Assembly: GCA_910577785.1 (NCBI GenBank)
Contig: CAJTNT010000023.1
Span: 4,074 to 68,073 of the forward strand
Reading direction: 5' to 3'
From: an uncultured Lachnospiraceae bacterium
GTDB lineage: Bacteria > Bacillota > Clostridia > Lachnospirales > Lachnospiraceae
DNA: 64,000 nucleotides
The notes under the pieces were generated by a model that saw only the letters and a program-made list of their open reading frames with translations, did not search any database and was not told where the DNA came from. The position numbers and the translations under genes are program-made. Of the stretch, positions 1-8,800 are shown one piece after another. Numbering within the stretch: the first letter of the stretch is position 1; every line of letters begins with the position of its first letter.

Positions 1-726
1 CCTGGGTTTGCCATTGAACAGTGCCTGTCCCTGGTCAGGCAGATGGCGGATATTTCCCAGGCAGCGATGCTTTCCGCCATGGCTCTCTTTGAACAATATG
101 CCGAGCAGCAGGCGCAATATGTGGAAGCCCAGGAAAATCTCCTTGATCAATACGAGGATAAATTGTCGGCATACCTGACTCAGCTCAGCAGCCAGAACCT
201 GACAGAGCGGGAGGCTCAGAGCGTCTCAACCCTGATGCACAGCATCAGTGATTTTGAGCGCATTGGCGACCATGCCCTCAATCTGATGGAGACTGCCCGC
301 AAGATGGAAAAGAAAGAAATGGCATTTTCCAGGAAGGCGAAGCTGGAGCTGGAAGTCTACAGCGCAGCCGTAAAAGATATCCTGGAGCGTTCCATCCGCG
401 CATTCTGCAGCCACGACCCCGACCTTGCATTATCTGTAGAGCCTTTAGAGGAAGTAATTGACGGGCTGAACAAAGAGGTAAAAAAGCGCCATATCAAGCG
501 CCTTCAGAAAGGGAAATGCACCATCGGCCTGGGACTTGCGCTGGCAGATATCGCCATGAACTATGAGCGTGTGGCAGACCATTGCTCCAACCTGGCTGTC
601 TATATGATCCAGATGGAAGACAGCACAATGGAAGCCCATGGCTACCTGGACAGCCTTTCGGATGAAAACCGCATGTATTTCCTGCAGATGCAGGAGGCCT
701 ACCGCAGGAAATATAAGCTGGCATAG
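1..726 (+). CDS. Na+/phosphate cotransporter family protein, C-terminal PhoU-like domain (5' end lies outside window)
   Basis: Frame 1 is open from base 1 (PGFAIEQCLSLVRQ precedes the first Met at 43). Two PhoU-type helical repeats carry the motifs SISDFERIGDHALN and AMNYERVADHCSN. Stop at 724-726. Confidence 0.7.
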   Translation, partial: PGFAIEQCLSLVRQMADISQAAMLSAMALFEQYAEQQAQYVEAQENLLDQYEDKLSAYLTQLSSQNLTEREAQSVSTLMHSISDFERIGDHALNLMETARKMEKKEMAFSRKAKLELEVYSAAVKDILERSIRAFCSHDPDLALSVEPLEEVIDGLNKEVKKRHIKRLQKGKCTIGLGLALADIAMNYERVADHCSNLAVYMIQMEDSTMEAHGYLDSLSDENRMYFLQMQEAYRRKYKLA

Positions 727-786
727 GATTTTTAGGGGGGATGGCCATACGGCCTGCTTCAGCGTTCGTTTCGCCAGGCATAAATG

Positions 787-1230
787 CTAAATGTCATACC
801 CATCCTCCCCAAACCTCACATCCCAGATGGCCTCCTCCACTACCTTCACACATCCCTCCGTATCCTTGATGATATCCTTCCCCCAGAAATGAATCACAGT
901 CCACCCCAAAAAGAGAAGCCTGCGATCCGTCTCCCAGTCCCGGCTGCGGTTCCGTTCAATCTTCTTCAGCCAATACTCAGGGTTCTTGCCCTTTTCCAGC
1001 CGGGGTTTCAGTACGTCCCAGTCCTTTCCATGGAAAAATTCACTGTCACAGAAAATGGCAATCTTATATTTTGTCAGGGCGATATCCGGACTCCCAGGCA
1101 GCGCCTTGTAATTCTTGCGGTAACGGTATCCCTTTTCCCACAGCGCCTTTCTCAGCCGCAGCTCGATGGAGGTATCCTGGCTGCGTATTCGGCTCATATT
1201 CTTAGAAATCATTTCCTGGCTTCTTGGCAT
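787..1230 (-). CDS. vsr: very short patch repair endonuclease (Vsr family)
   Basis: 147 aa. Vsr-like blocks are SRIRSQDTSIELRLRKALW, PGSPDIAL, IAIFCDSEFFHG, NRSRD and GWTVIHFWG. The overlapping plus-strand ORF 784-1287 is an antisense artefact. Confidence 0.88.
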   Translation of the reverse strand: MPRSQEMISKNMSRIRSQDTSIELRLRKALWEKGYRYRKNYKALPGSPDIALTKYKIAIFCDSEFFHGKDWDVLKPRLEKGKNPEYWLKKIERNRSRDWETDRRLLFLGWTVIHFWGKDIIKDTEGCVKVVEEAIWDVRFGEDGYDI

Positions 1231-1400
1231 GCCCCATCCCTTCTTCCTGTTTTGCTATGTCTTTTGCTATATTTTAACAAAAATTAAGGAGTAAGTAAAC
1301 AAAGATTGATTTTTACTATTTCCATTTTGGGCATTTTGGGTTATTATGGTAAGAGGAAAGACAATACGGATCTATATAGTATGGATGGAGGAGTTTCTCT

Positions 1401-4400
1401 ATGGATAGAAGGAAGAAATTACTACAGGGTATAATTGGGGCTTTTATTTTACTTGTGATGATTCTATTGATGTTTTTTTGGTATTCTTCAGAGAATCAGA
1501 AGCGGATTGAGCGGCAGAATAAATATTATGCGGCTGATTCGGCGCGGCAGAAGGCGGGGCATATAGAATCTGAGTTCCAGAATGCCTTGAACCGCATCAG
1601 CACCTATGCGTATTTTCTGGGGGAAGGACTGTCTGAGCCGAAGGTTACGGTGAAAATGCTCCAAGATATGGAGGAAAATTCTTTGTTTGATTCTTTCCGC
1701 TTTACGGACCGTGAGGGGAAGAATATTTCTTCGGATGGGCAGATATTTGACGCGACAGACCAGGATTATTATATCCAGGGCATGCAGGGGAAGAGCGGCA
1801 TGTCCCTGATTTATAATTCCAAGAAGACTGGGGAGACGGTGATGGGCTTCTATACGCCTCTTTGGTACCAGGGAGAGGTGATAGGGGTGCTGCGGGGCGT
1901 CTATTCTGCGAAGCTCTATCTGCAGGATATTTTGGATATTACGTATTTTGGGGAACAGGCAGGGGCATATCTCTGCACCAGGGAAGGGGAAATCATTGCC
2001 AGCGGGAGCTTGGGCATTGATGAGGGGATTTTGCTGGATAGGATGCTGGAATCTGGGGACCTCGATCAGGCCTCCTACCAACAGGCGCAGCAAATTTTCC
2101 AGGATAGCGGGGAAGGGGTAGTCACCTGTAGCGAAGAGAGCGAAATTGATAACCTCTGTATTATACATTTTCCAGAGGATGGATATGTCTATGTACAGGC
2201 ATTTCCCAAGCAGGTGACCCAGGCGATGGTCGGGAATGCAAACCGTACCGGGATGATACTGGAGGCAATGCTGCTGGGGCTGTTTTTCCTGTATGTGATT
2301 TTTTTGGTGATCCATTCTGGGCGGGAATGGAAGCAGCTGGAGCGGGAGAACCGGGACATGGGCTATGTCATCAACGGCGTCAATACCCTGTTTTCGCGGT
2401 TTGTGATGGTGGATTTGGAGAAGGATACCTATCAGTACCTGGTGAACACCAGGCCGGAGCAGGAGGATTTCCCTCTGGAAGGGGAGTATGGGCAGTTTTT
2501 TGCTTACTTGTGTTCGTATCTTGCAGAAGAGGAGGACAAGGAAACATTTGCAAGGATTTTTGAAAAGGATTCCCTGCTCCGGGAGCTGGAGGGGGAGATA
2601 TCGGATATCCGCTTTGAGTACCATGTGCAGCGGAACGGTATTTCCGAATGGGAGCATCTGAACATTGTGTGCCTGGAACGCAAAAATGGCAGAGCCAGCA
2701 AGATTATGGTGATCCGCCAGAATATTACAGAGGTCAAAGAGAAGGAAATGCAGATTCAGGCGGAGATTTCCCTTGCCAACCGCAAGGAGCGCCAGTACCG
2801 GGTGGCGATTACCAAGGACTCTATCTGTACATATGACTTTAACCTGACCCATGACTGGCTGGAACAGGATATTATTAATCTGGCGGATGAAAACGGCGGC
2901 TCCCTGCTGGGAATGGTGGGGATGGAAGCGCCCTGCAGGGTATCTGAGTGGTTTGAGCGCTGGAAGGAATTTGTGGCGGAAGAGTCCATGGAGGACTACA
3001 GCAAGGTCGTGGATGTGGAATATCTGAAGGACAGCTATGAGGAAGGGCGTGCAGAAGTGGCTCTGGAATACTGGCGTCAGTATGGGGAGCGCAAGATTTG
3101 CGTCCGCCAGTCCTTTATCATGACCCAGGATGACAGCAGCGGGGATATTATTGTCATGGTTGTGACCAAGGATATCACAGAGCAGGTGAAGAAGCAGATG
3201 GAGCAGACGCAGGCGCTGCAGGAGGCGCTGATGCAGGCACAGCATGCCAATAAGGCCAAGACAACCTTCCTGTCCAATATGTCCCATGATATCCGTACGC
3301 CAATGAATGCGGTGATCGGCTTTGCGACAATTGCCGTCAACCATATTGACAACAAGGCACAGGTGACCGAATGCCTGCATAAGGTGCTTTCCTCCAGTAA
3401 CCATCTGCTCAGTTTGATTAATGATATTTTGGATATGAGCCGGATTGAGAGCGGGAAGGTGCAGATTAAGGAGCAGGCCTGCAATATTTCCGATGTGATG
3501 CATGACTTGATTAATATTATCCAGCCCCAGGTGAAGGCCAAGCAGATTGACCTGTATATTGATACGTATAATATATCAAATGAGGAAGTGATAGCGGATT
3601 CCCTGAAGCTGAACCAGGTATTCCTCAACTTGCTGAGCAATGCAGTGAAATACACGCCCGCTCGGGGGAGCATTTATTTTAGGATTATACAGAAAGCGTC
3701 TTTCTGCCGGGGGTACAGTGATTATGTCTTTGTGATCCAGGACAATGGCATCGGCATGTCGCCAGAGTTTGTGGAGCATATCTTTGAACCCTTTGAGCGC
3801 GAGGCAAGCACGACACGTACGGGCATCCAGGGCACGGGCCTGGGGATGGCCATTACCAAGAATATTGTCGATATGATGGGCGGCAAGATCAGCGTCACCA
3901 GTGAGAAGGATAAGGGAAGCGAATTTACGGTAGAACTTCGGCTGAAGCTACAGGACAATATGCAAAGCAGCAAGGAGATTGAAGAGCTGAAGGGGAAACG
4001 TGTGCTGGTGGTAGATGATGATATGGATACTTGCGACGGCGTAAGCCAGATGCTGGAGCAGATTGGCATGCGCCCTGAGTGGACGACTTCCGGGCGGGAG
4101 GCTGCCTACCGCGCCAAAATGGCTCTTGAGCAGGACGATCCCTACTATAACTATCTGATTGACTGGCAGATGCCGGAAAGCAACGGGATGGAGACTACCA
4201 TGAAAATCCGTGGGATGGTTGGCGAGGATGTGCCGATTATTATCCTTACGGCCTATGACTGGTCAGACATCGAGGACGAGGCCAAGCTGGCGGGCGTCAG
4301 CGCGTTTTGCGCCAAGCCGCTGTTTATGTCCGATCTGCGGACAGTCCTGCTGGCAGTGAACCATCTGGCGGCAAAGGAAGAGCAAGTAGCAGCTTGGACT

Positions 4401-4793
4401 CTGGCTGATTTTAAGGGCAAGCGCGTGCTGCTGGTGGATGATATTGAGATGAACCGTGAGATTGCGGAGGAAATCCTCAAGGAAACAGGCTTTATGGTAG
4501 AGTCTGCGCCGGATGGGACAGATGCCGTGGATATGGTCAAGGCCTCAGAGGAATACTATTATGATGTAATCCTGATGGATGTGCAGATGCCGATTATGGA
4601 CGGGTATGAGGCTACAAAGATAATCCGTACCTTGCCAAGGGAGGATGTGAGGGATATGCCGATTATCGCCATGACGGCCAATGCGATGGATGAGGATAAG
4701 GAAGAGGCGCTGAAAAGCGGGATGAACGACCATATCGCCAAACCGATTGACATGGATTTGTTTATGGAAGTCCTGGGGAAGTTCTTAAATTAG
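1401..4793 (+). CDS. hybrid sensor histidine kinase with two C-terminal receiver domains (TM, Cache-like sensor, PAS-like region, HisKA, HATPase, REC, REC)
   Basis: 1130 aa with an N-terminal TM helix and a second TM near residue 290. H-box is FLSNMSHDIRTPMN; ATPase boxes are LLSNAVKYT, QDNGIGM and GTGLGM. Two REC domains are present (RVLVVDDDMDT...DWQMP...KP and RVLLVDDIEMN...LMDVQMPIMDG...AKP). Confidence 0.9.
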   Translation: MDRRKKLLQGIIGAFILLVMILLMFFWYSSENQKRIERQNKYYAADSARQKAGHIESEFQNALNRISTYAYFLGEGLSEPKVTVKMLQDMEENSLFDSFRFTDREGKNISSDGQIFDATDQDYYIQGMQGKSGMSLIYNSKKTGETVMGFYTPLWYQGEVIGVLRGVYSAKLYLQDILDITYFGEQAGAYLCTREGEIIASGSLGIDEGILLDRMLESGDLDQASYQQAQQIFQDSGEGVVTCSEESEIDNLCIIHFPEDGYVYVQAFPKQVTQAMVGNANRTGMILEAMLLGLFFLYVIFLVIHSGREWKQLERENRDMGYVINGVNTLFSRFVMVDLEKDTYQYLVNTRPEQEDFPLEGEYGQFFAYLCSYLAEEEDKETFARIFEKDSLLRELEGEISDIRFEYHVQRNGISEWEHLNIVCLERKNGRASKIMVIRQNITEVKEKEMQIQAEISLANRKERQYRVAITKDSICTYDFNLTHDWLEQDIINLADENGGSLLGMVGMEAPCRVSEWFERWKEFVAEESMEDYSKVVDVEYLKDSYEEGRAEVALEYWRQYGERKICVRQSFIMTQDDSSGDIIVMVVTKDITEQVKKQMEQTQALQEALMQAQHANKAKTTFLSNMSHDIRTPMNAVIGFATIAVNHIDNKAQVTECLHKVLSSSNHLLSLINDILDMSRIESGKVQIKEQACNISDVMHDLINIIQPQVKAKQIDLYIDTYNISNEEVIADSLKLNQVFLNLLSNAVKYTPARGSIYFRIIQKASFCRGYSDYVFVIQDNGIGMSPEFVEHIFEPFEREASTTRTGIQGTGLGMAITKNIVDMMGGKISVTSEKDKGSEFTVELRLKLQDNMQSSKEIEELKGKRVLVVDDDMDTCDGVSQMLEQIGMRPEWTTSGREAAYRAKMALEQDDPYYNYLIDWQMPESNGMETTMKIRGMVGEDVPIIILTAYDWSDIEDEAKLAGVSAFCAKPLFMSDLRTVLLAVNHLAAKEEQVAAWTLADFKGKRVLLVDDIEMNREIAEEILKETGFMVESAPDGTDAVDMVKASEEYYYDVILMDVQMPIMDGYEATKIIRTLPREDVRDMPIIAMTANAMDEDKEEALKSGMNDHIAKPIDMDLFMEVLGKFLN

Positions 4794-4838
4794 GAAAAGT
4801 TATTTTTGAGTAGTTCCGAAGGGACTGTCCTGTAAAAA

Positions 4839-4859
4839 GAATCCCGCAGAGCGGGATTC
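4839..4859. terminator. bidirectional rho-independent terminator between convergent genes
   Basis: GAATCCCGC-AGA-GCGGGATTC perfect 9-bp stem. It is preceded by an A-run (4835-4838) and followed by a T-run (4860-4864), so it is usable on both strands. Confidence 0.75.
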
Positions 4860-4862
4860 TTT

Positions 4863-5732
4863 TTACATTTTTTTGAGTACCTTAACCAAAGGCCGCAGCG
4901 CTTTGTAATAACCTTGTGCTTTCTGTGCGCCGAATTTTTTGTCAAACCCCACCTTGATCGCAGACAGATCTTTAAAGTTATGGGATTGGAGGATCTTGTA
5001 AGAGGCTTCGGCATGTCCTGTTTCAAATCCATGGACACGGAAGATAGCCTGTACCAGCCTTACGCTCCGGGTATAGGAATCCCCTACGCAATATTGGGAA
5101 AGCTCTTTGCGAAGGCTGGTATCCTGACGGAACTTGCGGTACCATTCACGCCCTGCATCCTGCCCTAGGAGGATAGTCATAACATTGTACCAGCCGTTTA
5201 GGTCTGAGGTAGGGAGGGAACGGGCTACCTCCAGCGCATACTGTTCTCCTGAGAGCCTTTTGGCAGAGGGAGCAGCCGCCTGGGGGGATAGGGGTACGGC
5301 AGCGGCGGCTTTGCTGGAAGCGGTTTTTTTCTTCTTGGCCTTTTTCTTCTTAGATTTCTTCTTGTGCTTGGGTTCCTCGTATTGCTTCTGGGAGATGTCA
5401 ATGTTGCGGCTTTTCCAGAAATCTATCGTATTCTGATAGTCCCGGTCATTCGAAAAGATACAGAAGGACGCATTGGGATGCCGGGCAATCAGGTAGGACA
5501 GTACGCCAATCAGCTGGTAATCCAGCGCGTTGCTGCCGGCTGCGCATTCCAGCCACTGGATTTTGGGGTTATGGTTGTGCTTCATTAGAAATTTTTCCAT
5601 GTGTTTGGAGTGGTTTTCCGTATAAAAGGTAATAATCTGTTCCTTTTTCTTTAATTTCCCAGGCAGTTCCAGCCATCGGTCGCCAACATTTTCGGTATCG
5701 ATTAAATAGTATTTCCGTTTTGTTTTTCCCAT
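4863..5732 (-). CDS. hypothetical protein: N-terminal NYN/PIN-like domain, Lys-rich linker, uncharacterised helical C-terminal domain
   Basis: I moved the start to the ATG at 5732 (AAAGGAG upstream) rather than 5921. The N-terminus (YYLIDTENVG, GSNALDYQLIG, FSNDRDY) resembles NYN/LabA-like PIN folds. The KHKKKSKKKKAKKKK linker is followed by about 130 aa with no family I recognise. Confidence 0.6.
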   Translation of the reverse strand: MGKTKRKYYLIDTENVGDRWLELPGKLKKKEQIITFYTENHSKHMEKFLMKHNHNPKIQWLECAAGSNALDYQLIGVLSYLIARHPNASFCIFSNDRDYQNTIDFWKSRNIDISQKQYEEPKHKKKSKKKKAKKKKTASSKAAAAVPLSPQAAAPSAKRLSGEQYALEVARSLPTSDLNGWYNVMTILLGQDAGREWYRKFRQDTSLRKELSQYCVGDSYTRSVRLVQAIFRVHGFETGHAEASYKILQSHNFKDLSAIKVGFDKKFGAQKAQGYYKALRPLVKVLKKM

Positions 5733-5838
5733 GTTTACTCCTTTTTGATTGTGCATATGCCGGGCGTTTTCCACGGTGCTTAAAAGTAGTATATCACAAA
5801 AATTTAAGAAAGCAAGGAAAAGAGGTGGGAAAACTGGC

Positions 5839-5867
5839 AAAAAGGGGCTGCCATGGCTGGCAGCCCC
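5839..5867 (-). terminator. rho-independent terminator downstream of the GH59-like gene
   Basis: On the minus strand this reads GGGGCTGCC-AGCCAT-GGCAGCCCC followed by TTTTT (complement of the A-run 5839-5843). Confidence 0.7.
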
Positions 5868-5884
5868 TAGGGGAGGTAAGGATG

Positions 5885-8800
5885 TTACCTTTTGATTTTC
5901 ACGCGTCCCGTCTTGCTCCATACGGAATAGGAAGTTACCTTGCCGGATTTCTTGTAGCAGCGGATGCGTACATAGTATGTCTTGCCTTTCTTAATCCCGG
6001 AAGAAAGGGTCTTGCTGATTTTGCTGTTTCCAGATACCTTTACCGTTTTGGCGCCTTTGAATTTCTTGCTGGTAGAATACTGGATCTGGTATCCGCTGGC
6101 CTTGGTGTTGCGGCTCCATTTGAGGCTGATCTTGCGTTCCTTGGCATTGGCGGCGCGGCTGATCTTGTTGGCGCTCAGGCGGAAAATGCTCTTGATGGAA
6201 GAGTAGCTGCCTTTTACGCTGCCTTTGTAAGCGCATACCCGATACTGGTATTTTGTGCCGTTTTTGTTGGCCTTTGTGTCTGTCCAGGAAGTGGTGGAAG
6301 CCTTGGTAATCTTCTTGGCGGTCTGCCAGCTGCCATTCCCAGCTTTGCGCTGGAGGTAATAGCCGTTTACGCCGGATATCTTTTTCCAGCTGATTTTGAT
6401 GCCCTTGCTGACGTTTGATGTGGCAGAAAGGGTTCCCTTCTTAGGTTTTGTGACAGAGGCGGGCTTTTTGTAGCCGCAGCGGGAACAGGTGTTGCCCTGG
6501 AACGTGTGGTTCTCAATGCGGGTGTCGTCGCCGTCCTTGCAGGATGCCGTATGGGTCTTGCCATCCTTATTGTCTTTGTAGGTGTAGCTGTGCTGGTGTG
6601 CGGCCGGTTCTTTCGCGCCACAGAGGGAGCAGGAACCGTTTGCATAGGTATGGCTTTCCGTAGCGGCGCTGCCGCAGTCTGCGCAGGTGCTGGTGTGCGT
6701 ACCGTTGCCATTGTCTTTGCATGTGTAGCTGTGGCTTGTTTCGTTGCGGAAATCGCAGTCCTTGCAGGAAACGGTGTGCGTGCCATTGTTGTTGTCCTTG
6801 TAGGTGCAGCTATGATTTTCCGTAGAAATGATGAAGCCGCAGTCTTTGCAGACGATGGAGTGTGTGCCGTTGCCGTTGTTTCGGTAGGCTGTCTCATGGA
6901 CATGCGCCTGGCCGGAGGTACGGATCACTGCAAGGAAGCTGATAACAGGCGCCTGGCTGCCAGTGCAGGTGATGGTGTAGGTCAGTGTCTGCGCGGTTGG
7001 CACGGCAAAGGCGAAGGTGTTGATGATATCGCCGCTGCTGCCGTTCAAGCCGAGAGTTCCAGCGTCTGCACTCTTGCCGTCCATGGTTAAGGTTGCCTTC
7101 ATGGGGCGGTCCATATTCCACCATTCACGGTGTCCGGAAATTAATTTGTATTCTCCGGCAGGTAATGTGAATGCATAGGAAAGGGTTTCGCCCTGGGTAT
7201 TGTTGGCGCCATACAGGCCGGTGGCCATCATATCGGCGGTGCCGTTGTGGCTCTTGGTTCCGGCATCCTGGTCTACTAAGCCCCAGGAATTGTTGTCTGC
7301 CTTGAACTGGTCAGAGGCCTGGTTCAGGAGTTTGTCGCCAAGGGCGGCCTTTACGGCTGCAAATGGCTCAGTGGTAGCATTGGCGGCTGGGGTGCCGTCT
7401 ACGCTGTCAATAAAGTAAACCGTATTGCCCGGAATTACCATGTTCACAGGGATGGAAGCCGTAAGCGGAAGGCCAAGCGCAGTGACGCCGCCTTCTATCG
7501 TGCCGATGATGGAGGCCTGCTGGAATTCCTTGCCTTCAAAATGCTGGTCGGACAGATTCCAGCGGATGTTTTTCTTAACAGTTTGCCCGGCGGCTGTTTC
7601 AACTTCTACCTGTTCAGGCAGCTCCAGATCCTGTGCAGAAGTACCCGTTACCAGCGTATCTATGGCGGGAAGCTCTGTCTTTACGGAAACCAGCACATCA
7701 TCATTGACTGCCAGCCTGCTGCCCAAGGCATAGAGGGCGTCAATGTTCAAAGCGCCGGATTTTACTACCACCTGGATGGTATGCTGGCCGTGTTCCAGGC
7801 CGGAGAGGGTATACGTCTCGCCGCGTGCAGGGGAAGCAAGCGTAGCGGCGTTTTCTGCTGCTTTAATGCCGTCTACAAAGACGTCTAATGTGGCGGAGCC
7901 ATCGTTCGTCCCCAAGATCGAGAAGCCGGCGCCTGTGATGGGGAAGCTGAAGGAGGCATTGGCGGCGCTGGTGACGGACATGGTGCGGTACCAGTTGTCA
8001 GCGCTTCCGCTGCCAGGGTTGTTGATGTCCCAGGCTCCCTCATAGGAAACGGAGTCGTCCTGCCCATCCACCATGCTCAGCGCATAGGGGATGCCGCCGT
8101 CTATGGTTTCAATTAAGAGGTTGTCAAAGTATACCTGGCTCCAGGAGGAACTTAATTTTACACGTCCGGAGAGCATGGGCACAGGATCCTGGTAAGTGGC
8201 CACGGTCTCGCCGTTAATCAGGACAGCGACCATGCCGCCAAGCGCCATCATGCTTACCTTGTATTTGCCATCGGCATTTGTGGCTACGGAACCGCTGTCT
8301 ACCTTGGCGCCAATGCGATACAGTTCCCATTTACCAGCTCCATTGAGGTTAAGGGTATAGCCGCTGTTGTTCCAGTTCATGCCGGTCTGGGAACGGACAG
8401 TCAGGCGGGCATAGGCATTGGAGGATGCGTTTGGAATACGGATATCAACAGAGGTGGAATAGTCCATCCAGCGGAAATCGCCGACTATCGTCGAGGGGTC
8501 GCCGCCGTTCCACTGCGGCACGGCGCTGGCCAGCTCTTGCTTGAGTTCACCGTTCTCCACAATCCATGCGCCATGGGTATCCAGCATGTAGCGCGGCTCA
8601 TTGCCGCGTTCCTGCAAGTATCCGTCAGGCTCCTCGGCATATTCAAAGTTGTCTGCATACAGTACCTTGTCGTCAGTGACGCCGTTGGTATGGCCACTGG
8701 CATCGGTGTCCAGTACAGCGCGGTCCTGGTTGTGGATGTCCTCTTTGGGCACATTTCCGGGATCGGTGTCAAGAGTCGTGGCCGTGGCGATGCTGTAAGC

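Noticed and set aside
784-1287. 167-aa plus-strand ORF overlapping vsr.
   Set aside because: The opposite strand encodes a protein with clear Vsr motifs. The plus-strand product is Pro/Leu-rich with no homology features.
1488-3503. 671-aa minus-strand ORF antisense to the hybrid kinase gene. Similar long antisense or shadow ORFs occur at 8861-10030 (+), 12117-13079 (-), 13641-14297 (-), 14409-15260 (-), 59782-60552 (-) and 61597-62505 (-).
   Set aside because: Each lies entirely inside a much longer ORF on the other strand that has clear domain content. Their translations are low-complexity (Pro/Arg/His/Leu-rich) with no recognisable motifs or RBS. These are typical shadow ORFs of GC-rich coding DNA.
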